Shown one piece after another: positions 25,211-38,700 of a stretch of DNA of 64,000 nucleotides. Position numbers and translations under genes: made by a program. The DNA comes from Monocercomonoides exilis PA203. Its lineage: Eukaryota; Protista; Preaxostyla. Location of the stretch: NCBI GenBank assembly GCA_001643675.2, contig LSRY02000020.1, forward strand, positions 1,054,001 through 1,118,000, written 5' to 3'. Numbering within the stretch: the first letter of the stretch is position 1; the number at the start of each line of letters is the position of its first letter. The notes beneath the pieces are model-generated. The model ran no database searches. It worked only from the letters and a program-made list of their open reading frames with translations, and was not told the DNA's origin.

Positions 25211-28200
25211 GGGTGATTTTTTTTGAAATCATAAAAAAAGATCAAAAATCGAAAAAATAAAAACTATTGTGGTATTTTTTGATCAAAGAGGTTAATTGAT
25301 TTATAGCAAGTATTTTATTTTTATTTCTGTAATATGTATTTGTTTTATTATTATATGCAAAAAAACACACCTTTTTTAATGTTTTTGTTGAAAAAGGATT
25401 TTAATGATCAAGTTCATTAAAAAAGTGCAAAATCAATCATTTAAAGAAAAATAGAAGTTTCAAGACTAAATGAACAGTACTAATAAATTTAAAAATAATA
25501 CAGATAGATATTAATATCCATAATTAGTTTTTTTAAAATTGGATGCAATGTTTTTTATATTTATTGATCTGAAACATCATCACCAAGTTCCTGCTCCAGC
25601 AGTTCATTCCAACGACTTTATAAAACAATGAACAAAATGGAGGAGAAATTACAATCGAAGATCACAACAGAGTCAATTCCACTTTTCTTTCCTAATTATT
25701 CTTATGAAATGATATTCTGGCATTCTTCTTCATCCGCTGCCCATCTTTCTTCCGTTTCTGCTCTCCTTCATCTGAATCCCCCATTTGATAATGTTGCCCA
25801 TGCTGTATTCTTTTATCTCCAACACTTTTCTCTCCATTCATCTCATGACATCCTTTTATCGCTTCTCAAACGAAAAAAGAGCCATTAAGTTTTTTCTGCG
25901 AATTCACTTCGTTCATTTTCTTTATTATCTTCTCCTCTCAGTCAGCTCCCTCTTCTTCAACCACACGTTCATCAACGGTCTCACTTTTCACAACCACAAC
26001 ATATTCCACCTCACCTCTCTCGCAAACACCTTCTCCTTCAACTCCTTCAACAAGTTCAGCTGCACCATGAGCAGCGTCAACTTGGCACACAGAAATCAAA
26101 AAACTTCAGAATGTGGACTCTTTCCTGACATGAAGATCAGCCGGTTCTGCGTGATCGAAGAGGTGAACGAAGGAAGAGGAAGAGGAAGGAGAAGGAGAAG
26201 GAGAAGGAGGAATAAGGATATTTTGCCAATGAAAATGATAGAAATGTTAAATGTTATTCATTTAACTACAAATGACAAACAGATAGATACATGGAAATGC
26301 TGGGGAATAGTGAGAAAGAGACAGATCCTTCAATTATTGAGCTGACAGAAAAATTGTATTCTTCAATTTTCTCACAAAATGTTCCGATTTATCAGATTTT
26401 GGGAACATTTTCACTTGTCTCTTTCGGAATCTTCGCTTTGAACAAAAAAATTCCAAGTTATTCTCGAACTTTGATAGATGCTCTTCTTTCTCTTCCTCTA
26501 TTCATTCTTCTTTCTTCTTCTTTCTTCAACTGGAACAGCGTGCCTTTTAACTTCGCCATTCCAGAGGCGGAGAAGCGAAGAGAAGAAGATGGCAGGAGGT
26601 GATAAGCCTTCTTCATCTTCGTCTTTGTCATCATCGCCTGCGATTGATCCTTCGGATGCACCGATCTTGTCAGCATCATACACGTTGGCAACAGTAATGG
26701 ACGGTAAAGAAAGGCTGCTGAGATGAATTCGAGTTGCATGCGGCTGTCGTTGCTGCTGCTGTCGCCACGGGCATATGATGTGGTAATACGCTATATGCTG
26801 AGTGGGGTTGTTGGACATCCCTGTGATGAGGGGCTTTGGAGATGCTTTCTGTTTAGCAATTGGAGCAGATTCTTTCGTTTGCTGCTTCGATGTGAACGAA
26901 ATCTAAGAGCAAATATCTGTTCTGCAGTGGATGCGAATTCGTTCTTGAAGGTTACAATCTGTCTGTCCTTTCGCTGCTTCTATCTGCGACAGTGTTGATG
27001 GAGTTTTTATCACCGCAGTCGATGCGTCTTATAACGAAAATAGACGACGAGGTGATTGGGCGAGGGATAAAATGAAATGCAAGGAAGAAGCTGAAGAGAA
27101 GGGGATGGAGAAGGCGGTGCTGAGGATGGAAGATGTGGCTCTGTCACCAGCAGCTTTTACGCCAGCAGAACTTGTGGAGCGAGAAGAGGCAGAAGAGGAT
27201 AAGGGGGAAAAAGATGATGAGAAGGAAGAAGAAGAAGAAAGAAGAAATGGGAAATAAGAAGAAGAGGAAGAAATGAAGGAGATGAGTCGGAAAATGAAAA
27301 TGCTGAGAAAGTGAATAGCGTTTCAATAATTTGCTGCTGAATCCTTCTTCGATTTTTGATTTCAGGCAGAAAATCTAAGCAAAGTGTGGTTTGAATCGTT
27401 ACAGGTTTATTCTTCTTTTTTGTTGTTTTCATCATTTCTTTTGCTCCTCTTTCTTTCTGAGTCTTTCTAATGTCTTTGTCAAAGCCATCTCCTTCTTCTT
27501 CTTCTGTTTCCTCTTCTTCTTCTTCTTCTTCTTCTTCATCTTTCTCATTATCGATGCATTAATCTTTCAGACACAACGATCCCTTTTCATCTTTATCACA
27601 CACTAACTCATTTGCACTCCTCTTCTCATCCTTCTTCTCTCCCTTCCCCTCCTTCCCCTTCTTCTCCCCACCCACACGAATCCCCTGGCTAGCCACATAC
27701 GCTACATAGTTCAGAAGGATGCTCTATGGCTCAAACACATCCCTTGTCGCTGATACGTTGCTGCTTGCAAACACACCAGCATTGCCCAATCTACTCTTCC
27801 AGAGAATCGCACGAAAAATCGGCACAGTCACAAGCGGTGGCAGCGAGAAGGAAGAAATTGAAGAAGGAGATGAGAAGAAGGAGAGGAAGGAATTGAAGAA
27901 GGAGAAGAAGGAGAGGAAGAAGAAATGTTAGATAAGGAGGCAGAGCTTGGGAAAGATATGTCGAGTTATTTCTATTTGACTGAAAAGGAGTCTGTGGAGG
28001 GAGACGATGGAGGAAGGGGCTTCGGCGAAGTGACAACAAAAACAGAAGGGGCAGACAATGGGGCGTGTGGCAAGGGAGAAAAAGGAGGAGCAGCAAATGT
28101 CGATGAAGCTGTGATGTTTTGAGTGTGCAGCTGGGCATATGAGGGTGTGCTGCCGAACGAGTAAAATGTTTGCTGCTGTTCATCTTCATCGTCACCTCCT

Positions 28201-30882
28201 TCTTCTCTTCCCCTGTCCCTCCTCCTCCTTTCTGTTACTGCCTGTGGAAGCCCTGTGTCGAAAGCGTCAATTTGCGATGTGCAAAACTCGTCTTTCTCGT
28301 TCGTCTTCGTCTTCGCCTTAGGCTCTTCCTGCTGTCTTCCTTTATTCTGCACCGCGTTCATCTTGCTACTGTACTCCGCTCTCTTTGCCTCTTTCATTTG
28401 ATCGCGCACTCCTCGCTCTTTGCTCCTTGGTGGCGTCATAAAGTTAGTGGATCATTGCGATGTGCTGGCAGCCCCTTCTCTCTTCCACTGCCATTTCTCA
28501 TTCGATGCCCATTCACCTCATTCACTCTGTTTTGCACAGCTGGAGTGCGGAAGCCGTACGAAGTGCTGAAGCAGAGCAGAATGCGCCTCTGCGGAAGAAG
28601 AAAGCAGTTCAGTTGCACATCCAGCTAAGCTGCAGAATGCATTGACTGCGATGATAATGATGATAAGAGAAGGCAAACTGAATGAAATATTTATTAGGGT
28701 GGATTATCTGGTTGTTGATTGAACAGCTCATATTCATTCCAAGGAAGATGGAATGATCCAATACGAAGTGAGAGGAAATATCATTGAAAAAGAGGAGGAA
28801 GGTGAATGCATGCAGTTACAGAGAAATCCATTTATTATTTTTAAATATTTTCGAAGAAGATGCTGATATGATTTCATATGATTTCATTGATTGGACAAAA
28901 TATTGTGTTTGAAAAGAAAACTTCGAAGGAGCAGTTAACTGTAATCACAATATTTTTAACAGGCAGATTCAAGCTTATCAATAAAATCGGATATCCCCCA
29001 ATCTTTAGCAGCTTTTGAGTGATTATCTTACAATTCTTGCCACAAACAGAAAATGTTTCTGACCTGTTTGTACGAAAAATAGAAATTTACAAAACATCTG
29101 ATGAGGTTGATGACAAAAAATGTAAAGAATGTCAAGAAGAATACGAAAACGAAGGCGAAGAAGAAGAAGAAGAAGAAGAAAAAGATGCAGTTGAGAAATG
29201 CGGAATCAGTCGAACGATATTTGTGATGTTGAGAATAATTTGTATGAAGTTGTTGATTGGCCAAAATGGCTAGCTTGCTGTATAAATTTCAGATTGGTTT
29301 GAAAAATTCAATCACAAAATATGTGAAGAACAGATTGTGGAAGTCAATCAAGTTGGATTTCTTCAAAATCGATTCACTTTCTTTTTGCGATTTCCTTTTT
29401 TTCCCCTCAAAAATAGAAAATGACAATTACTCTTAAATCTCTTTATGTTCCATTTTCCACTTCCATTCAGCTCACAAAATCATCAAAAAATATCAATTCC
29501 CTCCTTTTCTTCATATTTCCCATTCTTTTCCAAAATATTATCTCCTCTCATAAAATATACCTCTCTTCCACTTGAACGTATCTCAATTTTCTTCTTCTTT
29601 CCCTCTTTTGCCCTCTTTTATTTCTTTTCAAAATCCATTTTTCCAATCGTCAATAAGTCCTTCTTCATCACCCCCAACTTTCTCTCTATATTTAAACATT
29701 ATTTTTTTCTCCAAATCTCCACATGCCCTTCCACATCCCTCTGTCTCCAAATTTTGTTTATTCAAAAAATACCTTTCTCGAAATATTAACATTCTAAAAA
29801 ACACTCAACTTTCACCCCCTGCTTCAAATAATTCTCTTCCATCTCTTCGCTGCACCATATCCTTCCTATGCATGGTGTTGATGAGATAAACATCAAATAC
29901 GATTTTGGATTGTTGAGAATATTATTAAAGGAGAAGATCATGCCAAAAATAGAAAAAACCCCTCTGGACATCCATGACAACGTGTACGGGCTGAAAAGAC
30001 CCTCCAGTGAAATATACAATGTATTTTGTGGAAACACATTCTAAGCTGCAATTTGACCATTCTGAGACTGAAATGAAGAGATTGAATTTTTGGAATGATG
30101 ATGGCTGTGGAAATGAGGCTGTTTGGCAAAAAACAGTCGAAGAGCAGTTTGACATTTATTTATTTTATTTATATGAATATTTGCCTGTTGACTGTTTTTG
30201 TGTTGTTTTCAGGGCAGGAAGTGGAAAAGAATGAAAATGAATGAAAGCGGGATATCTCGTTGTGCAGGGTGACCATCGAGTTGGGAGAGCGAATTCATAT
30301 GGAAAGCCTTCATGATGTGTAAATTGAGAAGGGAATTAGAACTATAAATTTCTGAGGGAAAACAATCTGTTTTATATCGAGAAAGATGGAAGCAAAACAG
30401 AAAACACAAATATTACAAAATTTAGAAGAGCAAGAAATTGAAGCATTTGATGGAGAAAAGGCTGTTGAAAAGGTGGGTCAGCTATTCAGATGATTAAACG
30501 CTGAAAATTGAATGTTCTCATTTTTTGTTTATCGATTTCAACTTATTTTTTTTTCAAAAATATTATTAAACAGTTTTTTGTTCAAGAAATTGATTACTTA
30601 TGTAGTGTAATTGTTGTTTTCATGTTTTTTAAACCAGCAAACTTTGGTTTTGTTCTGTTTATTGAAATTTTGATATTTTTTGGTAATATTTTAAGTTTTT
30701 TTCAAAATTTGTAATAATAACAATTGGAAATAAATTAAAAACGAAAAATAAACAATAATAATAATATAATTATGTATATTTTCACATAATTAAATAAAAT
30801 ATTTTAGATTCAACCCCACCCTTAATGGAAAAAATTTTTGATCAAACGTCGGAATTTTTTATGATATCAAAAAAAATCACCC
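25211..30882. mobile_element. Candidate 5.7-kb family E element (GGG termini, ACAT flanks)
   Basis: Left end GGGTGATTTTTTTTGAAATCATAAAAAA and right end TTTTTTATGATATCAAAAAAAATCACCC. ACAT at 25207-25210 and 30883-30886. Pairing is ambiguous because a second right end lies at 35471. Confidence 0.45.
25540..30480 (+). pseudogene. Degenerate host-like coding fragments (at least two sources)
   Basis: Plus-strand coding-like composition with Ser/Glu tracts, broken by many stops and frameshifts (ORFs 25628, 26291, 26723, 27719, 28460, 29019, 30007). No family recognised. Confidence 0.45.
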
Positions 30883-30925
30883 ACATATTTATTTGTGTAT
30901 TCTAACAATATTGATGTTATTTAAA

Positions 30926-31983
30926 ATGCTAGAATATGACAAGTATATTTTTTATGTGAATAATAGAATTTTGTGTGAAACAATCGTTTTATAGGTTTGA
31001 TCAAATAAAATTTCAGTTTGGGCAGTTGTTTTATCGATTTGTTTAAACAAAACAAACATCCTGAGTGTACTATTCACCATATGAGTTTGGCTTTATTGAA
31101 TGAAAAATGAACTTACAGATATTGGATGTGCTTCAAATGCAACAAAAAACGGACAGTTTTCAAAAAAACAAGATAGGAAAATAACAAAATTGGACCGGGC
31201 AAATTTTTTTTAGTAGTTTAATTTCTATGGCAAGGGCTAATGCAAACTCAAATAAGCTCTATTATAAAAGTTGATCCAAAAATTGTGGGATATTGGAGAA
31301 GTGTTTTACGTGTTGAGTGCATGAATATCATTAATCAAAACCCTATCATGATTGGTTGTGTGGGGAAAACAGTTGAAATCGTCGAATGTATTTAGAGAAG
31401 AAGAAAGTATAAGAGAGGCTGAAGAAAAAAGCAGATATGGATATTTGGGGGAATTGAAAGAAATGTAGATAAGAAAATTACAAAAAGAAGATTTGTTTTT
31501 ATTGTTCCAGACCGAAGTGCCTAAACACTTGTTCCTCTAATAAAATCTCATATCCATCCAGGAACCACAATAATGAGCGATGAATGGCGTGCGTACAGCA
31601 GCTTGAAGGATCATGGCCACATTCATCAAACAGTGAATCATTCAAAAAATTTTGTGGATCCAATTACACAGGCATGCACAAATACAGTGGAAGGAATGAG
31701 GTTACATCTGAGATCTTTTTTTCCAAGACATGGCATTAGAGAGAAATATATTGGAGACTATCTTTCTTTTTGGATGGTGAAAAAAACGGTGAAAGTTTCT
31801 TTTATGGATATTGTGGGATATATCGTCTATGGAAGAGAAAATGAGAGAGAAATCATTGAAGAAGAAGAAGAAATCGATAATGACGTTCCTGATATAGATG
31901 ATATTTCTGTTCCAGACGATGACAATTCTTCAAGTGATGAGATTTCTGATGGTGCTAATGCATCAAATTGGAGCGAAGATTAA
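30926..31983 (+). pseudogene. Merlin/IS1595-like DDE transposase relic
   Basis: Zinc ribbon ECTIH..MCFKC. Motifs GKTVEIVE, RRKYKRG, WIFGGIER, VPDRSA*TL, PGTTIMSDEWRAY and TVNHSKNFVDP..TNTVEG. Premature TAG, TGA and TAA stops. Acidic tail. Confidence 0.92.
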
Positions 31984-32119
31984 TTGATTTATAATTCATT
32001 GTAATCATGACCCAAAAATGAATTTTTTTTTAAATTTTTATATTTCTTTTTTTTTTTCCTAATCATCAATTTCTTATTCATTTAACATGAAAATAATGTG
32101 ATAACATATGTTTTCAAAT

Positions 32120-32359
32120 GGGTAATTCTTTTTGAAAAGTCGCAAATGCTTAATTTTGAAATAAATCAAAAATTTCATATTTTGTTCAAATTTCTGTTTC
32201 TGCTCACGAATCTTCTTTGGAATGAATAAAATAGCATTATCCAGAAATAGATTCCAGATAAGAGAAGTTTGTTGTATGTTTATAAAAATTTGAGCAATAT
32301 ATGAAATTTTTGATTTATTTGATAATTAAACACTTGCGACTTTTCAAAAAGAATTACCC
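32120..32359. mobile_element. MITE family B1 (240 bp)
   Basis: TIRs GGGTAATTCTTTTTGAAAAGTCGCAA / TTGCGACTTTTCAAAAAGAATTACCC with a perfect AAAT TSD. Confidence 0.92.
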
Positions 32360-32463
32360 AAATAGTTTGATAACATTTAAAATGAAAAATTTTCACTTCG
32401 ATATAATCCCATCTTGCCCATCAAAAGAAGAATAAAAAGAAAAGCAAGATGAAAATTATGTTC

Positions 32464-32464
<1 letters not shown>

Positions 32465-32499
<35 letters not shown>
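32465..32499 (+). repeat. Poly-A tract (35 nt)
   Basis: Directly visible. Confidence 0.95.
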
Positions 32500-32500
<1 letters not shown>

Positions 32501-32639
32501 ATTAGGAGCCAAAGAGAAGTGAAAATGCGAATGTGTTTTAAGATGTTTGATTTCAAAACCTATAATTTTTCTTCTTCTGATCTTTATAAGAAAAACTCAC
32601 TATTTGTAAGTTTTCTTTGTATTTCACAAGATAATCGTC

Positions 32640-34260
32640 AAGCACAGCAAATAAATTAAGAAGATACTTCTTCTTCTTAGGATTCATCTTCTAATATAAG
32701 TGAAGCAAAAGTTCCACAGCCTTTTTTGCAATCTCCTAGTACGTCTGTTTCTTCAACCTTTGTTCTTCAAGAAATGCAGTGTTCGTTCCGCTTCAAACTT
32801 TCTTCTTTTCTCCACCACTAAGTCGGATGTACTGAGACATGCTTGCGGAAAAGTACAATGGAAGACAACGGATTGCTTCTGCCTGTTGATGGATGGGACA
32901 TTGAGAAGTTTGTGTGTTATGTTGAAGTGTGGATTTTGGCCCGAACACAAAATTATTTTGCTGAGTTTAGGCTTTCTGAAAAATGAATGAAGGCACTGAA
33001 AGACGAAGAAGTAGAGATCTGTGCAAGGAGGATGAGAGAGAAGGAAAAAGGAAAGGATGGAAAGAAAGAGAAAAGAAGGGGAATGCGAAGGAGTCATAGA
33101 GGATGGAATACCTTTAAGGATGAAATAGCTATTGAGAAATCCATCTGTAGCCAACTAATAGTGTTCAAAAGAACAAGAACAAGACTATCCTATTCGAACT
33201 CTAATCGGATGTCTACAAGGGAGGTCAGAGCGTCGAAGAAGGAGGAGCAGCAGATCCAGAGGATGTTGACGATGGAAGTGGCGATGTGGAGGACGGCTGT
33301 GTGGAGGAAGGAGCAGGGGAAAGCGGTTTGCCACTCTAGCGGACAGAGAAGCCAGTGTCTTTGCAAGAGAAAATCTGTTGAACGGAACAGAAAATGATAA
33401 ATGGGAGGATATTGACTTCTAGGGAGCAGGAACGGGAGAATTCAAAGCTGTAGATGAAGGAGTATTTTTGTGAAAGAGGTCTTTGGAAAGATAATGGAAA
33501 GGATAATTCCATTGATTAAATACAAAGTGTTAGAGCAGCGGAGAAAAAGGTACTTTCCCGCGAAGGAGAAGCCCAATGAAAAGCGGAGGTTGATGATGGA
33601 GAAGAAGATGGGAGGGGCGCCAACAGTGCGGAAGCAGTCGATGAAGAGACCACCCCCTTTGCTGGCGGTGTGGGAGCAGATGCGCTGTATGAGGATGCAG
33701 GAGGATACGCGCAGCGGCGATTTGTCTCATTCGAGGCACTGAATATCGGATCCACCCTTGGTCGATTCTTCGCTCACGCAACAAACAAACACAAGCATAA
33801 TCCTCTTATTACTCTGAACATTCATTATTTGTGTTATTGGAGGAGTGAAAAACAATTATTGTTCTTTGATCTGTGGCAGCCAAGCCAGCCAGAGAAGTGG
33901 AGCCATCCAGGGCACATGTGCAGATGGCCACGAGGGAATTGCAAGAGAGCAAAGAGGAGGAGACTGGGAAGGATTCAAAGTTTAGCCGAGGTGGATGCAG
34001 AGACTGATGCTGTAATGATGAAGAGGTGAGGGAGTAGCTTTCGAGAGACGTACGCTCTTCTGCTCCATCAACCATTGCATTCGTAAAGCTTTTTTGTTTA
34101 GCCCGTATGGAAAAGGAACGTCGCGACAAAAGGATAAGAGCATCAGGTGTGGATATCTGGATGAAGGATAAGAGACGAGGAAGAAAATATGGAGAATCAA
34201 CGGAGAAACGAAAGGAGGAAAATAAAATGAAGATGTTCGTTTCATAGAAGCTTTTTTTGT
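32640..34260 (+). pseudogene. Degenerate coding-like region of unknown origin
   Basis: Purine-rich, higher-GC block with only short broken ORFs. Confidence 0.35.
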
Positions 34261-34570
34261 GTTTAAAACCAAAATTTACAAATTTCTATTCAATTTTAAT
34301 TATTTTCTTTGTAAAAATTTCAACAATATTGTTTTTCCAATTTATTAAAACTACTTCTTTTGTGAATTATTTCCTTTGAAACAAAAACAAACATCACAGT
34401 TGTTTATTTGATAAATGAAATGAATAACCATCATATTTTTCCATCTGTGAAAGAGAAGAAATTTTGTTTTTCAACAAATGTTTTGTAATTATCTTAATCA
34501 ATCTTTAATTACTTTGTTATAACATTATAAATCAATTTCTCAAGCAAATATATGAAAAATATTCGTAAAT

Positions 34571-34839
34571 GGGGGAAAATATGGACTTTCAAGCTTTTTA
34601 TGCACAAAGCATAAAAAAATTGCTTCACTCATAACATTATTTCCCTTTCAAAGATTTTTAAAATGAATTTGATTTCCATATTCAAAAACAGGCGTCATTG
34701 AAATCATAACTTAAAATTTTCCAACATTTCACGAATTTTTAAAAATGGACCCAATTATAATGTGTTTTTTGTTCTCTGAAAGTCAATGAAAAGTTCATTA
34801 TTTTTCAATGAAAATGCTTGAAGCAAAATATTTTGCCCC
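34571..34839. mobile_element. MITE family A, copy 2
   Basis: TIRs GGGGGAAAATATGGACTTTCAAGC / GCTTGAAGCAAAATATTTTGCCCC. Flanks AAAT/AGTT (degenerate). Confidence 0.85.
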
Positions 34840-34905
34840 AGTTATAATTATCATCAAGATTTTAAAACAATTTAACTTTTTTTTGTTTATATAAGTTTTG
34901 ATATA

Positions 34906-35264
34906 CAGATATCGCACTAAATACCGGACAAGATCGATTTCACGATAACTGCAAGAAAAATAATTCTGTTTATTTTCCTCAAAATATTTCTCATCAATAC
35001 AAACTCACATGACATACAAGACCTTCATGACTTCCTCGTTTGTGCTCTGAAAAAATAATTTTTGAAATCTCGGAGAAATAGGATTTTGAGTTTCTCCGAG
35101 ATTTCAATAATTAATTTTCACTGAGCACAAATGAAGCTATTTTGAAAGTCTTGTTTTTCCAATGAGTTTGTATTGATGAGAAATATTTTGAGGAAAATTA
35201 ACAGAATTATTTCTCTTGCAGTTATTGTGAAATCGATCTTGTCCGGTATTTTGTGCGATATCTG
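34906..35264. mobile_element. Foldback MITE family C (359 bp), Tc1/mariner/pogo-type ends
   Basis: CAGATATCGCA...TGCGATATCTG ends. The whole element is an imperfect hairpin around loop 35079-35090. Left flank TA. Near-identical inverted copy at 54273-54650. Confidence 0.92.
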
Positions 35265-35269
35265 AATGT

Positions 35270-35471
35270 GAACATTTTTTAAAAACTTTTCACAAAATTC
35301 GAAATAAAAATATTTATAAACCAATTAATATTAACTAATAATAAATAATAATTATATATTAAACTATATTTTCTTGTTATTTCAAATGAAATTTTTTTTT
35401 TACCACAACCATTAATGTGAAAATTTTTTAATCCAACTTCGAAAATTTTTATGATATCAAAAAAATCACCC
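35270..35471. mobile_element. Family E right-end fragment
   Basis: About 200 bp similar to 30690-30882, ending ATGATATCAAAAAAATCACCC followed by ACAT. Confidence 0.65.
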
Positions 35472-38400
35472 ACATCGAAAGAGAAACAAACTTTGTTTTC
35501 ATCATTCCTTTCAGACAAACAAATTTTGCGAATATGAACTAATGAAAAAGTTGATTGCAAATAAAGAAACAAACTTTGAAGAAGTGCTTCCAACGATTGC
35601 ATGATTCAACAATATCTTTTTTCTCCAATAATGTTTTTCATTTTAGAAATGGCTCTTTCGCAGCAAGCTTCGCTGCAAGGTGAAGTTACAAGCGCAAGAC
35701 AAAGCCCAGAATAGACGATTTGCAGATCTCCATATAAAGAAAAAGCGTAATAAAATATATATGCATCTTCCTCAACGACTTCAGATGAGCTGCTTTTCAT
35801 GAATCGTTGAAATAACATACCGCAGCCTTCTATTATTCTTTTGTCTAAATTTCCAATGGTCTTATTGCAGTATTTTATAAATGCTGATGACAATCGAGGA
35901 TACCAATCCATCAATATCATGCTTTCAATCATCTGATTAGACTCTCTCTCTTTAAAATACAAATCTTCCATAATTATTAATTTCTTTCTTGGATAAAAAA
36001 GAATTTTCAAATAATCTTTATCATTTTCACTGTTGCTGCTGTCAGAAAATTCATCATGATCATCTTCATTCATGCATGCATGCAGTTCTGTGTCTTCATC
36101 CATGTCCATTCAGTTCTGTTTTCGTTCTTTTTTTGTTTGATTATCGGTTGAAACTGCTTCATCAATCATTGTGTAATTATCCGAAGAAGAAGAGTGATTT
36201 GGAGATGAAGATGAATACGATGAATAAGAAGAAAAGTGAGAAGATCTTAATTGTGGAACTTCCGAAAGTTGATGGTTGCTGAAGGGAAATAATTCAAACA
36301 AATCGTTCACTGCTTTGTCTTCAGCCTCTTGCAAACCGAACTCGTCTTCCGATTCACTCTCTAAATCTCTCTTTAACATTTGGGCTTCCTCCATCACTTC
36401 AGAAGAATCCTTTGCTTCCGTGAAATTATTCAAATCATTTATTGTTTGTTCGAATTCATCAGAAAATAATCGTTCGTTTTTCAATAAATCTTTTGTTGTT
36501 CGTTCAGAGAATATATTCGAGACAGTCATTACCACATTTTTTTTTTGAATATTTGTCATCACATAAATTTCGAATGGCATGAATTTGTTCTTCACCACAC
36601 AAAATTGATTTATCCTTTGGAAATTCGAAAGGTTCAGACATAGCATAAAATGTTGAATAATGACATCGCAACAACGAATCAGCAGAATTGTCTAAAGAAT
36701 GAGTAATAAATTAATGTTCGTGAATGATCTGATTTTCTTTTGATGCTTTATTCGTTGATTGAATAGCTGAAAAAAACTTGTCGAAAAATCTTGAATAATT
36801 GATAAACTCATTCGAAAACTATTGTGTTCTGTATAATTCCATGCCAATTGGAATCACAGCGAACGAAGAAGAAAAGAATTCTCTTAGAGAGCCTATTCAA
36901 AAATAATTATTTATTTGTATAAGATAATTAGAAATTGCATAATTCCATTTCTCTTCAGAAAATAATGGATACCTTGTAATTCCAATGAAAATTACAATTA
37001 TTCGTTGAATAAACAGGAAAACGTGACAAAGTTTTGTTTTATTGCTTTCCAAATGAAGATGAAACTTAACCAAAGGAAGAAGAAAAAGTTCAACTTTCAT
37101 GATGTAAATTAAATCTTCTTTTGAAATCCATTTTTCTTTCTCAATAACTTGGCTCTTTTTTCGAATAAAGGAACATAAATTGAACAAACTGAACCACCTC
37201 GTGACAATGAACGAATGAACAGTTTTTTTCAATAATAGTCTGATGGAATTTCTATGTGCAAATTGAGCAAATTGCAATAATTTCTTTTTGATTTCTGGAA
37301 GAAAAGGCACTTTGCTGAAATAAGAACTTATTACAAGATTAGTGAAATTGCTGCAACAATTGATGTGTACAGGTTTTATTGCAAAAGGATGTTCGACAAA
37401 TGTGCTTTCTTCAGAATGAGCGTTTGATAATTTTTCAATTACCTTTTTTTGAGCAGAAAACACGTCTGCACAAAAACTTCTTATTGTCACATAAAACGAC
37501 TGGAATTCCGAGATGATATTTTCCCGAATATAAGAGTATTCATCAGTTGAATAACAACAAGGACATAAACCTCTGAAAAATGGAGAAGACTAGAATGAAA
37601 GAGAAGTAACAGAAACAACAGAATACGAAAAATTTCCAGATGATCCACCGTCCAGTTAAACGCAAACGCTTTAATTTGTTATTGATTTGATTCTTTCAAG
37701 CTTTGTTGTTGTTTTGCTTTTCAAAACCATCTAGGAAACTTTTTTTCTTGTAAGATATGGGAAAATCCATGTTTGTGATAAAGATGAATTTTCTTGACTG
37801 ATTCGCATTAATGAAGATAAAAATGTATTCATTTCATCTGACGATGCTTTTGAAAATGAAACGTTGCATTTGCAAACCATTTTGACATATAGATCTTCAA
37901 GCTCACTTGTAATTGTTGCTTTTTCATAATTTGATTTTTCCATTTCGCTGTGAATTGCAAGTTGTTGTCGCTGCATTAATAATGTTGATATTTGCTGATG
38001 TTTTAATAATTGACAATTATGTTTGATGATATTAGGATATGATTTTCTTCCTAATACACCACAAGGAAAACCGTCTTTTGAATTTGGGCACATGAAATAT
38101 CTGTGACAATCATTTTTTGCAGCTCCATGTTCGTCAACTTTTGAGTAAGAAATCAAAAAATTGTTATTCACAATTTCAAAGGATATTTTTGATAAATATT
38201 CGTCATTTTTTTTGGGATGCTTAAACACTCAGAATAAATGAAATTAAAAAATGATTAAAAATTGGTAAAACACAAAACAAAACTTGGACCGGATTTTGAG
38301 TTTCCACATTTTTCGAGTTTTACTAATTGACGATGAGCTTTTTTCAACTCTTCCATCTTTTTTTCGAAAGCATCAGCCTTTAGAAAAAAAATTCATCTTT

Positions 38401-38595
38401 CAAAGTGATTTGAAAAAGAATATCAAACGATTAAAATATTTGAAATGCTATTTATCAATCCTTCCTCAAGTGAAATTCGTTCTTCACCCATAGTGCTTTC
38501 TTCCAAGGCGCTGCCTGTAACTGACATCATTGACATTTTTTTGATCAAAATAATCCATCTCCATCAATGCTGTCAGTTCCCCATAATTAATAAAG

Positions 38596-38643
38596 CACAC
38601 CTCTGTGACCTGACAAATAACTTGAAGCCTCGTCTGTTACAAG

Positions 38644-38700
<57 letters not shown>

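Noticed and set aside
33670-34029. Weak kinase-like words (FEALNIGSTLGR, HNPLITLNIHY)
   Set aside because: No VAIK, HRD or DFG motifs, so too weak to call.
35118-35324. Repeated peptide SHKIPDKIDF..EIILLIFLKIFLINTNS in three ORFs
   Set aside because: It arises from the palindromic family C MITE copies and is not evidence of a gene family.
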